64,000 nt of DNA, taken from contig DATMIZ010000101.1 of the NCBI GenBank assembly GCA_035554055.1, forward strand, positions 77 through 64,076, in the 5' to 3' direction. Under the pieces are notes generated by a model, which saw only the letters and a list, made by a program, of their open reading frames with translations, had not been told where the DNA came from and searched no databases. Numbering within the stretch: position 1 is the stretch's first letter; the number at the start of each line of letters is the position of its first letter. The DNA is from Baekduia sp. (lineage in GTDB: Bacteria; Actinomycetota; Thermoleophilia; Solirubrobacterales; Solirubrobacteraceae). Positions 34,705-48,156 of this stretch are shown piece after piece. The translations under genes and the position numbers were made by a program.

Positions 34705-35274
34705 TCAGCGGCTCTGACGCGCAGCGGCGATGTCGCGTACCGCTGCGGTCAGGCGGCGGTGCTCAAGCGGCTGGAGCGCACGGTGCACCGCCTCCGGCGA
34801 TGCCGGCGCCTCGATCTCGATCGACTCCTGTGCAATCACCGGCCCGCTGTCGATGCCATCGTCGACGTGGTGGACCGTGACGCCGAAGGTCGTCTCGCCG
34901 GCGTCAAATGCCTGGCCGATCGCGTTCAACCCGGGATATTTGGGCAGCAACGACGGGTGCACGTTGATGATCCGGTCGGCGAAATGCGCGATGAACGGCG
35001 GAGTCAGAAGCGCCATGTAGCCGGCGAGGACAAGGAGTTCCACGCCCCGCTCGTCGAGCCAGGCAGCGATCGCGGCATCGCGCGCCGCCCGATCGGGGTG
35101 GTCGGCGAGCTCGAAGACCGCCGTGGGGATCTGAGCGGCTTGGGCGCGCTGCAGCGCCTTGGCCTGGGGCTTGTCCGACGCGACGCCCACGATCGTCACC
35201 TCACGACCATGCAGCTCGTCGATCAGCGCCTGCAGGTTCGTGCCCTCGCCAGAGGCGAGCACGCCGATCTTCAT
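34705..35274 (-). CDS. purN: Phosphoribosylglycinamide formyltransferase
   Basis: LASGEGTNLQA, LAGYM, NVHPSLLP, DSGPVI. Confidence 0.96.
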   Translation of the reverse strand: MKIGVLASGEGTNLQALIDELHGREVTIVGVASDKPQAKALQRAQAAQIPTAVFELADHPDRAARDAAIAAWLDERGVELLVLAGYMALLTPPFIAHFADRIINVHPSLLPKYPGLNAIGQAFDAGETTFGVTVHHVDDGIDSGPVIAQESIEIEAPASPEAVHRALQPLEHRRLTAAVRDIAAARQSR

Positions 35275-36035
35275 TCGCGCTTCTCGTACATGCGCAGCGC
35301 TCCGAGCGACCGATAGCCGAGGCGTGCGTAGGTGCCGTGGCCAAGCTTGGATGCCTCAAGCGTCGTCGTCACGCAACCGTCTTCGAGTCCCGCGCGCAAC
35401 GCCGCACGCATCAGATGCGACGCGATCCCGCGGCCGCGCGCCTCGGGGATCGTGGCGACGAAGGTGAAGTAGCAGTCGCCCTTGATGTGGGCGCTGACCA
35501 CGCAGCCCTGCGGGGCGCCCGCCGCATCGTGGACCACGTGGCGCCGTGCCTGATCGCCGAGCCCCATGACGAGCGCTTCGAACGCGCCCCTCGGCGCCCC
35601 GAAGGCGGCGTTGTTGCAGAGCGCCACGTCCTCCCAGGTTCCCTCGCTGACCTTCATCTCCGACTGGGGCGTCAGGTCACAGTCGCCGATGACCGCGCCC
35701 ATCAGCTCCGGTGTACCGTCGAGCTTGTGCCCCGCGCGTTCGAGCGCGAATGCGAGGTCATCGTCGCCGGGCCGGACCCAGACAGTCCAGGCCTGCACAC
35801 CCGCCGACGAGTAGATCGTCCCGAGCTCGTCGAGCACCGGCTCGATCGCGCTCGGGTCCGTGTAGGTGACCGCGTTGGGCAGCGAGCGCTGCGGCATCGC
35901 GGGCACGACGGCCGCGAGCACCGCGCGGTCCAGCACGAAGATCTGCCCACCGCGCGAAGCCGGTGCAGCGATCCGGTAGAAGGCCCGTTGCGAGCGCGAC
36001 TGGCGCTCGCGCAGTTCGTCCGCGCTGACCTTCAC
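35271..36035 (-). CDS. GNAT family acetyltransferase
   Basis: VATIPEARGRGIA motif A, YARLGY; 4-nt overlaps with purF and purN. Confidence 0.85.
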   Translation of the reverse strand: MKVSADELRERQSRSQRAFYRIAAPASRGGQIFVLDRAVLAAVVPAMPQRSLPNAVTYTDPSAIEPVLDELGTIYSSAGVQAWTVWVRPGDDDLAFALERAGHKLDGTPELMGAVIGDCDLTPQSEMKVSEGTWEDVALCNNAAFGAPRGAFEALVMGLGDQARRHVVHDAAGAPQGCVVSAHIKGDCYFTFVATIPEARGRGIASHLMRAALRAGLEDGCVTTTLEASKLGHGTYARLGYRSLGALRMYEKRE

Positions 36036-37489
36036 GCCTTGACGAGCGGGAGCGCGTTCTCGAACGCGTCCTTGGATTGCGCGCCACCGTCGAGCGGATA
36101 GTTGCCGCTGAAGCACGCGTCGCAGTGGTTGGCGCGGTCGCCGTTGACAGCTTCGTAGACGCCCTCGAGCGAGATGTATGCCAGCGAGTCGCAGCCGAGG
36201 TGCTCGGCGACCTCATCGACGGTGCGGTTGTGGGCGACCATCTCCTCCCGCGTCGACATGTCGATCCCGTAGTGACACGGATGCTTGATCGGCGGTGCGG
36301 AGATCCGCATGTGCACCTCGCGCGCACCCGCGTCCTTGAGCATCTGCACGATCTGGCGCGTCGTGTTGCCGCGCACGATCGAGTCGTCGACGACGACGAG
36401 CGACTTGCCCTCGACGACCTCCTTCAGCGGGTTGAACTTCATCCGCAGACCGTGCTTGCGCAGCTCGTTGCCGGGCTGGATGAACGTGCGCTGGACGTAG
36501 CGGTTCTTGACGAAGCCGTCGTCCTGCGGCAGGCCTGAGGCGCGAGCAAAGCCGCGTGCGGCGGCGTTGCCAGAGTCCGGGATCGCGATGACCAGATCGG
36601 CGCCCGGCACCGGCGAGTCGCGCGCGAGGATCTCGCCCATGCGCCCGCGCGACGCCTGCAGCACGTCGCCGTTCATGCGCGAGTCTGGACGCGCGAAGTA
36701 GATGTACTCAAAGACGCAGAACGCCTCGCGTTCTGACTCCACGGCCTGACGCGTCTTCATGCCCTTCTCGTAGAGCGTGATGACCTCACCCGGCGCGACG
36801 TCACGCATGTAGGTCGCGCCGATGATGTCGAACGCGCATGACTCCGACGCGACGACGAAACGGTCGCCGAGCTGCCCGAGGACCAGTGGGCGGATGCCGG
36901 CCGGGTCGCGGAAGGCGACGACACGGTCCTTCGTCATCACGACCGTCGAGTAGGCGCCCTTCAGCCGCGGGATCACGTCGGCGACAGCGTCTTCGAGCTC
37001 CTCGGCCGGGTGCGACGCAAGCAGCGCGGCGATGATCTCGGAGTCAGATGTCGAGGAGAACGTGACGCCTTCGGCCGACAGCTCGGCGTGCAGCTCGACG
37101 GCGTTGATCAGGTTGCCGTTGTGCGCGAGCGCAAGCTCACGGCGGTTGCCGCCCGAGCCGGCGGAGCGGTGCACCGGCTGCGAGTTCTCCCACTCGTTTG
37201 AGCCGGTCGTGGAGTAGCGCACGTGGCCGATCGCGAGATCGCCGGAGAGCGCGCGCAGATCGTGCTCCTGGAAGACCTGCGAGACGAGACCGAGCGCGCG
37301 CTGCGTGATGATGTAGCCGCCGTGATCGGCCGCGGCGATGCCGGCCGATTCCTGCCCGCGATGCTGCAGCGCGAACAGCGAGAAGTACGTGAGCCGCGAC
37401 ACCTCATGCTCGGGTGCGTATATGCCAAACACACCACACTCGTCGCGCGGTCCCTCACGAACGTCTAGGTCGTTCAGGGGTGTGGTCAT
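36032..37489 (-). CDS. purF: Amidophosphoribosyltransferase
   Basis: Propeptide then ECGVFG, QHRGQESAG, VDDSIVRGNT, PCHYGID, CDAC. Confidence 0.97.
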   Translation of the reverse strand: MTTPLNDLDVREGPRDECGVFGIYAPEHEVSRLTYFSLFALQHRGQESAGIAAADHGGYIITQRALGLVSQVFQEHDLRALSGDLAIGHVRYSTTGSNEWENSQPVHRSAGSGGNRRELALAHNGNLINAVELHAELSAEGVTFSSTSDSEIIAALLASHPAEELEDAVADVIPRLKGAYSTVVMTKDRVVAFRDPAGIRPLVLGQLGDRFVVASESCAFDIIGATYMRDVAPGEVITLYEKGMKTRQAVESEREAFCVFEYIYFARPDSRMNGDVLQASRGRMGEILARDSPVPGADLVIAIPDSGNAAARGFARASGLPQDDGFVKNRYVQRTFIQPGNELRKHGLRMKFNPLKEVVEGKSLVVVDDSIVRGNTTRQIVQMLKDAGAREVHMRISAPPIKHPCHYGIDMSTREEMVAHNRTVDEVAEHLGCDSLAYISLEGVYEAVNGDRANHCDACFSGNYPLDGGAQSKDAFENALPLVKA

Positions 37490-37566
37490 GAAGGAGGGCT
37501 CGGGGCGAATCGTTCACGCCCAATCGACACCCATGAGGCTAGCAGTGGGGGCGGGCGATGGTGGGC

Positions 37567-37695
37567 CTAGATCACAGCGTCAACCACGGTCCACACCAGC
37601 ACCAACACCAACGTCAGGCCAAGGATCGCTGACAACTGCTGGAAGAAGTTCAGCCGACTGACGATCTGGATCCAGCGGTTGATGAGGTCTTTCAC
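37567..37695 (-). CDS. 42-aa single-TM small protein (absent from the ORF track)
   Basis: GGAG then GTG; MKDLINRWIQIVSRLNFFQQLSAILGLTLVLVLVWTVVDAVI. Confidence 0.6.
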   Translation of the reverse strand: MKDLINRWIQIVSRLNFFQQLSAILGLTLVLVLVWTVVDAVI

Positions 37696-37710
37696 GTCTA
37701 GCTCCAGCGT

Positions 37711-39898
37711 CTAGGGGAACAACGGCGCGAGGGCACCGTGGGCTTCGCGCAACTCGTCGAGCGTCCACGAGTACGGGCCGACCTTCAGCGACTCGCCGCC
37801 GACCGTGCCGAAGATGTCGACCGGGATCTTCTCGCCGAGCTTCTCGAGGTCTTCCTTAGAGCCCGACACGACGAAGCCGCCGACGGCCTCACCGAAGAGG
37901 ATCTCGTCAGAGGATTCGTCTTCGGAACCTTCCAGAAGAGAACACCCGACATCACCGAGCAGGCAGGCCTCGGCGGTCGCCACGAGCCAGCCGCCCTCGG
38001 CGACATCGTGACAGGACTTGAGCTCACCGCGGCGCACCGCCTCGCGGATCGCCTTCAGGACCTTGAGCTGGTGGATCATGTCGATCGGTGGCAGCTCGGT
38101 GGGCAGCGGCTCGCCGCGGAGCTTGGCTAGCTCCGACGCCGCGAGCGACGGCATCTCATTCCAACCGGCGAAGCCGACGTAATCGCCCTCGTCGGCGAAC
38201 CCCGACTGGCCGGCCATCGCGGCATCGGGCAGCAGGCCGACCATGCCGATAACCGGCGTCGGGTAGATCGGGCCATCGGTGCCCTCGTTGTAGAGCGACA
38301 CGTTCCCACCGACAATCGGCGCATCGAGCTGCGAACAGCCGTCGGCGATGCCGCGCACCGCCTCCGTCAGCTGCCACGCGATGTGCGGCTTCTCGGGGTT
38401 GGCGAAGTTCAGGTTGTTGGTCGTGCCGAGCGGCTCGGCGCCGACACAGGCCAGGTTCGAGGCGCACTCGAGTACCGCGGTCAGTGCACCGATGTACGGA
38501 TCGGCGGCGACCTTGCGACCATTGCAGTCGATCGAGACGGCGATCGCGCCGTCGGCGTCCTCGGGCATCACGAGCACGGCGGCGTCAGACTCGTTGGGCC
38601 GCCGCGCGGTGCGCGACTGCACAAGGCAGTCGTACTGCTCGAAAAGCGGCTTGCGCGAAGCGATGTTGGGCGATGCGATCAGCGCGAGCAGCGTGTCGTG
38701 CACCGACTCGTTACCTGTGAGCGTCGCCACCGGCGCCGGATAGATCTGATGCGCCGGCTTCTCGGGCGCGAGGTCGTAGATCGGGCAATCGTCGACCAGC
38801 GCGACGACCGGCATGTCGCCGAGCACTTCATCGCCGTCGAGGACGCGGACATTGCCGGTGTCCGTGACCGCACCGATCGCCGTGCCGTTGACCTCCCACT
38901 TCTCGGTTACCGCGAGCACCGCGTCGAGCTTGTCGGGCGTGCAGACGCAGAGCATCCGCTCCTGCGACTCGGACACCATGATCTCGAAGGGCTCCATGCC
39001 GGCTTCGCGCAGCGGCACCTTTGAGATGTCGATGTCGATTCCCAGTTCGGCCTTCGATGCCATCTCCGGCGCCGCGGAGGTCAGGCCGGCGGCACCGAGG
39101 TCCTGGAGCGCGACCAGCAGGTCCTTCTCCAGCAGTTCCAGCGAACACTCAAGCAGCTTCGACTCCTCGAACGGATCGCCGACCTGCACCGACGGGCGCT
39201 TTGACTCGTCGGCCGAATCGAGCTCCGTGGAGGCCAGGACCGAAGCGCCGCCGATGCCGTCGCGGCCCGTCGTCGCGCCGAACAGCACGAGCACGTTGCC
39301 GACGCCCGTCGCGGCGCTGCGCACGATGTCGTCCTGCCGGGCGATGCCGAGCGCCATCGCGTTGACGAGGCAGTTGGTCTCATATGGCGCCTCGAAGTAG
39401 ACCTCGCCGCCGATGTTCGGCACGCCGATCGAATTGCCGTAATGGCCGATCCCGGCGACGGCGCGATCCAGCAGGTAGCGCGAGCGCTCCGACGTCGGCT
39501 CGCCGAAGCGCAACGCGTCGAGCACCGCGATCGGGCGGGCGCCGATCGCGAAGATGTCGCGCAGGATGCCGCCGACTCCGGTCGCAGCGCCCTGGAACGG
39601 CTCGACGGCCGACGGGTGGTTGTGGGACTCGACCTTGAAGGCGATCGCCCAGCCACCGCCGATGTCGACCGCGCCGGCGTTCTCGCCCGGGCCCATGAAG
39701 ACGCGTGCGCCCTCGGTCGGCAGGGTGCGCAGCAGCTTCTTTGAGTGCTTGTAGGCGCAGTGCTCTGACCAGAGCAGGGAGAACATCGCCAGCTCCACCT
39801 GGTTGGGCTGGCGCCCGAGCTTCTCGACAATCAGCGCGTACTCGTCGCGCGTCAGAGCGAGCGCGACCGCATCTTCGACGGTCGGCAGTGAAGCGGTG

Positions 39899-39906
<8 letters not shown>
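37711..39906 (-). CDS. purL: FGAM synthase subunit PurL
   Basis: WSEHCAYK, ESHNHPS, SESQERM, GGNVSLYN. Confidence 0.97.
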
Positions 39907-40542
<636 letters not shown>

Positions 40543-40546
<4 letters not shown>

Positions 40547-40764
40547 AGCAGCTCGACCTCGAAGTCCTCGATCAGGGTGTTGGCGAGCAGCTTCTGACAG
40601 AGCGCGTCGAGCTGACTCTGGTCCTCGATCTCCAGCTCGACGAGCCGGCCGACATGCACGTTGGTGACGCCCTCGAAACCGAGTGCCGGCAATGCGCGCT
40701 CGACGGCCACGCCCTGCGGATCGAGGATTCCCGCCTTCGGGCGGATGAGGACGCGGGCCTTCAC
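40543..40764 (-). CDS. purS: FGAM synthase subunit PurS
   Basis: ILDPQG, LLANTLIEDF. Confidence 0.95.
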
Positions 40765-41642
40765 GCGGAGGTCCGCGCGATCCAGGCGTCGAACGACTCG
40801 CCGGTGATGCGCTCGTAGGCCTCGACGTAGCGCGCCTTCGTGCCGGCGACGATGTCGTCGGGAATCGCCGGCGCCGGTGGCAGCTTGTTCCAGCCTGACT
40901 CGGTCGCCCAGTCACGGACGTACTGCTTGTCGAACGAGGGCTGGCCCTTGCCGACCTCGTACGTGTCCGCGGGCCAATAACGCGACGAGTCGGGCGTCAG
41001 CACCTCGTCGCCGACCACGAGCTCGCCGTGCTCGTCGAGGCCGAACTCGAACTTGGTGTCGGCGAGGATCACGCCGTTGGCCGCTGCGTGCTCGGAAGCG
41101 AACTTGTAAAGCGCGATCGACGCGTCGCGGACCTTGGCCATCAGCTCTGCGTCACCCACGGCTTTGACGGCGGTGTCGAAGTCGATCGCCTCGTCGTGGC
41201 CGACTTCGGCCTTCGTCGACGGTGTGAAGATCGGCTCCGGGAGCTTCTCGGATTCCTGCAGGGCGGCGGGCAGCTCGACGCCGGAGACCTTGCCGGTCGC
41301 CTGGTAGTCCTTCCAGCCCGAGCCCGTGATGTAGCCGCGGACGATGCACTCGACCGGGAGCATCATCAGGCGCTTGGCGACCATCGCGCGGCCGCGGACC
41401 GCGTCGGGAACGCCGTCCGTGTAGGAAATGACGTGGTTGGCGACGATGTCCTTCGTGCGCTCGAACCAGAACGCGGACAGGCCCGTCAGGACGGCGCCCT
41501 TGCCGGGAATCGGCGTCGGGTGCACGGCGTCGTATGTCGAGATGCGATCGGACGCGACGAGCAGGATGTCATCGCCGAGTTCGTACATCTCGCGCACCTT
41601 TCCACTTGCGATCAGCGGAAGGTCGATCTCGGTAGCGCTCAC
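40761..41642 (-). CDS. purC: SAICAR synthetase
   Basis: GKVREMY, RGYITGS, DTKFEFG, TPDSSRYW. Confidence 0.96.
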   Translation of the reverse strand: MSATEIDLPLIASGKVREMYELGDDILLVASDRISTYDAVHPTPIPGKGAVLTGLSAFWFERTKDIVANHVISYTDGVPDAVRGRAMVAKRLMMLPVECIVRGYITGSGWKDYQATGKVSGVELPAALQESEKLPEPIFTPSTKAEVGHDEAIDFDTAVKAVGDAELMAKVRDASIALYKFASEHAAANGVILADTKFEFGLDEHGELVVGDEVLTPDSSRYWPADTYEVGKGQPSFDKQYVRDWATESGWNKLPPAPAIPDDIVAGTKARYVEAYERITGESFDAWIARTSA

Positions 41643-41681
41643 TGGCTAGAAGCTATCAACGCGCGTGCAGGGATGAGCTGC

Positions 41682-42950
41682 CTAAGCCACGTCCAGTCGC
41701 GCGACGATCTCGGCGGCGTGGCGCGTGTAGTGCGAGAGGTCGAAGAGCTCGTCGAGATCCAGGTCCAGGTCGTCACGGGCGGCGAGCAGATCACGCAGCG
41801 GCGTGCGCTCATCCCAGGCCTTTTGCGCGGCCTCCTGGACGATCCGGTAGGCGTCATCGCGGACCATGCCTTGGTTCACGAGCGCCAGCAGGATCCGCTG
41901 TGAGAACAGCGCGCCGTAGGTGAGGTCGATGTTCGCCCGCATCCGATCTGCATCGACGACAAGCCCGCGGACGATCCGCAGCGCGACGTGGTGCATGTAG
42001 TGCAGCAGCGTCGTCGCATCGGGTAGCACGATCCGCTCGGCGCCGGAATGGGAGATGTCGCGCTCATGCCAGAGCGCGACGTTCTCGACGGCGGTCTGCT
42101 CGTATCCGCGGAGAACGCGCGCGAGCCCGGTCAGGCGCTCGGTGTTGATCGGATTGCGCTTATGCGGCATCGCGCTCGAGCCCTTCTGACCGGCGCGGAA
42201 CGGCTCGCGCGCTTCGAGCACCTCGGTGCGCTGCAGATGACGGACCTCGGTGGCGAAGCGTTCGAGGCCGGCGCCGGCGAGCGAGATCGCCTGCAGTAGC
42301 GCCGCGTGACGATCGCGCGGCACGACCTGGGTCGACACGTCCTCGACGCGCAGGCCGACGCGGGCGAGCACGCGCGCCTCGAACTCGGGCGACGTCGCTG
42401 AATAGGTGCCGACCGCGCCGGACACCGCGCCCGTCGCCGCCTGCTCGAATGCGGCCTTCAGGCGCTCCGCGTTGCGCTTGGCTTCAAAGGCAAAGCCGGC
42501 GAGCTTGACGCCGAACGTGGTCGGCTCGGCATGGACGCCGTGAGTGCGCCCGACGCAGACCGTGTCGACGTGCGCGCGCGCCTGCTCAGCCAGCGCTTCG
42601 AAGAGCTCTTCCGCCTGTGCGACGATCAACTCGCCCGCGGCCTTGATCTGCAGCGCCAGCGCCGTATCGAGGACGTCGGACGAGGTCAGCCCGTAATGGA
42701 TCCAGCGCCCCGGTTGCCCGGCATCAGCGCTGAGGACATCGACGAACGCGGCGACATCATGGTCGGTGACCGCTTCGCGTTCGTTGACGGCCTCGACCGT
42801 GAACGTCGCCGTCTCGATCGCCTTCAGGTCCTCCGCGGTGGGACCCTCCATCTCCTGGCACGCGGCGACTTCGACCTTGCGCCACGTCTCCATCCGGGCC
42901 TCGTCGGTCCAGACGGCGCCCATCTCCGGTCGGGTGTAGCGGTTGATCAT
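41682..42950 (-). CDS. purB: Adenylosuccinate lyase
   Basis: MINRY, GRTHGVHAEP, SSAMPHKRNP. Confidence 0.96.
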   Translation of the reverse strand: MINRYTRPEMGAVWTDEARMETWRKVEVAACQEMEGPTAEDLKAIETATFTVEAVNEREAVTDHDVAAFVDVLSADAGQPGRWIHYGLTSSDVLDTALALQIKAAGELIVAQAEELFEALAEQARAHVDTVCVGRTHGVHAEPTTFGVKLAGFAFEAKRNAERLKAAFEQAATGAVSGAVGTYSATSPEFEARVLARVGLRVEDVSTQVVPRDRHAALLQAISLAGAGLERFATEVRHLQRTEVLEAREPFRAGQKGSSAMPHKRNPINTERLTGLARVLRGYEQTAVENVALWHERDISHSGAERIVLPDATTLLHYMHHVALRIVRGLVVDADRMRANIDLTYGALFSQRILLALVNQGMVRDDAYRIVQEAAQKAWDERTPLRDLLAARDDLDLDLDELFDLSHYTRHAAEIVARLDVA

Positions 42951-42963
42951 CCGGCTACGGCAA

Positions 42964-43425
42964 TCACGCGTTGAGGATGCGCAGCGCGAGGTGTCCGGCG
43001 TTCTTCGCGTTGTCGAGACCGACCGACGCGACGGGCACGCCCGGCGGCATCTGGACAACCGAGAGGATCGCGTCCATCCCGCCCATCGCGCTCATCCGCG
43101 ATGAGAGCGGGACGCCGATGACCGGCAGGTCCGTGTGTGCGGCCGCGACTCCGGGCAGAGCAGCCGACAGGCCGGCGCCGGCGATGATCACGCGCAGCCC
43201 ACGCATGCGCGCGTTGAGGCAGTACTCGGAGACCGTCGCGGGATCGCGGTGCGCCGACATGACCCGCATCTCGGTCTTGATCCCCGCGTCCTCGAGCACC
43301 TTCTGTGCACCCGACATCGTGTCCATGTCGGATTTCGAGCCCATGATGATCCCGACGCGTGGAGCGTCTGGCTCGACCTCCTCGATCGCTTCGAGGGTCT
43401 GCGTTTCTGTGGTTGGTTCGGTCAT
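42964..43425 (-). CDS. purE: PurE (N5-CAIR mutase/AIR carboxylase)
   Basis: IMGSKSD, SAHR, PVIGVP, QMPPGVPVA. Confidence 0.93.
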   Translation of the reverse strand: MTEPTTETQTLEAIEEVEPDAPRVGIIMGSKSDMDTMSGAQKVLEDAGIKTEMRVMSAHRDPATVSEYCLNARMRGLRVIIAGAGLSAALPGVAAAHTDLPVIGVPLSSRMSAMGGMDAILSVVQMPPGVPVASVGLDNAKNAGHLALRILNA

Positions 43426-44675
43426 ATCACTCGTTCTGCGGCTCGGAGGGCGATGTCACGGCGGCACTGCATGCCTGCAAAGGCAATTTTGTCTGCCGCA
43501 GCATAAGCGGCTTCGCGGGCGCCCTCTGGGCCGACGCCGAGCGCCGTGACGTTGAGCACGCGCCCGCCGGCCGTGACCACATCGCTACCCGCAATCGCGG
43601 TGCCGGCATGCGTGACCTCTGCGCCGCTAGCGGCGGCCGCAAGGCCGGTGATGACGTCGCCCGACGACGAGCTCACCGGATAGCCGGCGCTGGCGAGGAC
43701 GATCGTGACCGCGAAGCGCTCAGACCACTGCAGCGACGCGCCCTCAAGGCCGCCACGGACGCTCGCGCGGGCGAGCAGATCGACGAGATCTGACTTCAGG
43801 CGCGGGAGCACTGCCTGGGTCTCCGGATCGCCGAAGCGGCAGTTGTATTCGAGCACCTTCACGCCGTCGGCGGTCAGCATCAGCCCGGCGTAGAGGACGC
43901 CGTGGAACGGCGTGCCCCGGCGGGCCATCTCGTCGACGATCGGCTGGTGCACGAGCGCGCAGAGCTCGTCGACGTCCGGCACACCTGGAACCGGCGTGTA
44001 CGCACCCATCCCGCCGGTGTTCGGACCCTGGTCGCCGTCGAAGATCCGCTTGTAGTCCTGGGCCGGAGTCATTGGGATCGCGCGGACCCCGTCGCACAGG
44101 GCAAACAGCGACACCTCGTCGCCGTCGAGGTACTCCTCGACGAGGATCTTGCCGGTGCCGAAGCGGCGCTCCTCGATCATCGCCGCGAGTGCCGCGCGTG
44201 CCTCGGACTCGGACTGCGCGATCACGACGCCCTTACCGGCCGCGAGCCCGTCGTACTTGATGACGGCGGGATAGGAGTCGATCGCAGCCATGCCGGCCGC
44301 GACCGAGCCGACCTCCTCATAGCCACCAGTCGGAACGCCGGCGGCGATCATCACGTCTTTTGAGAACGACTTGGACGCCTCCAGCCGCGCGGCCTGCGCG
44401 CTCGGACCAAACGCCTTGATCCCCGTCCCGGCGAACGCGTCGACCATGCCGGCGACGAGCGGCGCCTCCGGGCCTACGACCACGAGATCGACCTCTTCGC
44501 CCTGCGCGAAGGCCACGACATCCGCCGGTTCAAGCGACATGTCGATGCAGCGAGCATCCTCAGCGATCCCCGGGTTCCCGGGAATGCACAGCAACTCCGG
44601 TGCCTGCGGGGAGCGCTTCAAGGCGCGGACGATTGCGTGTTCGCGACCGCCGCCGCCGATGACCAAGATCTTCAT
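43422..44675 (-). CDS. purD: Phosphoribosylamine-glycine ligase
   Basis: GGGGREHA, GLAAGKGV, GPNTGGMG, EYNCRFGDPE. Confidence 0.97.
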   Translation of the reverse strand: MKILVIGGGGREHAIVRALKRSPQAPELLCIPGNPGIAEDARCIDMSLEPADVVAFAQGEEVDLVVVGPEAPLVAGMVDAFAGTGIKAFGPSAQAARLEASKSFSKDVMIAAGVPTGGYEEVGSVAAGMAAIDSYPAVIKYDGLAAGKGVVIAQSESEARAALAAMIEERRFGTGKILVEEYLDGDEVSLFALCDGVRAIPMTPAQDYKRIFDGDQGPNTGGMGAYTPVPGVPDVDELCALVHQPIVDEMARRGTPFHGVLYAGLMLTADGVKVLEYNCRFGDPETQAVLPRLKSDLVDLLARASVRGGLEGASLQWSERFAVTIVLASAGYPVSSSSGDVITGLAAAASGAEVTHAGTAIAGSDVVTAGGRVLNVTALGVGPEGAREAAYAAADKIAFAGMQCRRDIALRAAERVI

Positions 44676-44793
44676 GCAGCCCCATCATCCCACCAAGGCA
44701 CTTGGATGCAGCCTGGCATGAGTTGTGCCCGCTATACGCGAAGAACCAATGCCACCTCGGAGCACAGCGGCCCCGCGACCGGAAAGCGTTGAT

Positions 44794-45075
44794 TTACACG
44801 CCGGCGATGAAATCGTCGATCGGGATCGCCGGCAGCGTCTCGAAGCGCACCGTGCCCCGTCCGCCAAGTTCCAGCGAGATCCGCGACATGACCTGCTCGT
44901 TCGGGGCCTCGACGATGTTGACGAAGTCGAAGCGGCCGAGCACCGCCCACTGGGCCTTGACCGTCCCACCGAGCTGCTCGATCTCGTCATTTACCTCACG
45001 GATGCGCTTCGGGTTCTTCTTGACGGTCTGGATGCCCTCGGGCGTCAGCGTCGAGAGCAGGATGTATGTGGCCAT
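44794..45075 (-). CDS. GYD-domain protein
   Basis: MATYILLSTLTPEG, LGRFDFV, ETLPA. Confidence 0.82.
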   Translation of the reverse strand: MATYILLSTLTPEGIQTVKKNPKRIREVNDEIEQLGGTVKAQWAVLGRFDFVNIVEAPNEQVMSRISLELGGRGTVRFETLPAIPIDDFIAGV

Positions 45076-45091
45076 ACGCAACGTTCTACCG

Positions 45092-45138
45092 GATCGGCTG
45101 CATTTTCCGGGCGACAGGCCCACGAAATGCAGCCGATC
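45092..45138. terminator. Intergenic hairpin
   Basis: GATCGGCTGCATTT...AAATGCAGCCGATC. Confidence 0.55.
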
Positions 45139-45156
45139 GGCGAAAGGGCGCTGGGC

Positions 45157-45558
45157 TCAGAGAACGGTGACTCTGGCGCGTGACGTCTGTAGCGGCGCCA
45201 GCGTCGCGTTACCGGCGAAGCGCGCCACGACGCTCAGCCGATCGCGCTTGCGCACGCTCTTGCCGAAGACGACGGAGGAGCTGAACGCACAGTCCGAGCC
45301 GAGCAACACCTGACGTGAGCTCAGCGTCCGCCGGCCTCGCTTCACGGTCACCGTGACGCGACCCGAGCACGCCGCCGCGCTGGTCTCAGGTTTAAGCAGG
45401 AGCTTGCCGTGAGTCTCGAGGTTCGTGCGACCGTCCGCGCGCACCACGGTGACCGAGGACGTCATGCCCTTCAGATGTGCGCGGTGATCGGCGGCGGCGC
45501 CGGCAACCGGTCCGTGCGCGGACGCCGCGGCCGCCAGTGCGCCGCCGAGCACCAGCAC
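45157..45558 (-). CDS. Putative secreted basic hypothetical protein
   Basis: Hydrophobic N-terminus, two Cys, ARFAGN; start uncertain. Confidence 0.5.
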   Translation of the reverse strand: MLVLGGALAAAASAHGPVAGAAADHRAHLKGMTSSVTVVRADGRTNLETHGKLLLKPETSAAACSGRVTVTVKRGRRTLSSRQVLLGSDCAFSSSVVFGKSVRKRDRLSVVARFAGNATLAPLQTSRARVTVL

Positions 45559-45568
45559 CGCGACACGG

Positions 45569-48094
<2,526 letters not shown>

Positions 48095-48111
48095 CTGTCC
48101 GTCCGTTCCAA

Positions 48112-48134
48112 ATCTAAGTGTCCTCGACTTAGAT
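48112..48134. promoter_or_regulatory. HAIR-like HspR operator upstream of clpB
   Basis: Perfect ATCTAAGT-N7-ACTTAGAT overlapping a TATGAT -10 box. Confidence 0.75.
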
Positions 48135-48156
48135 CATAGTCGGTGGCCGATGGAAT

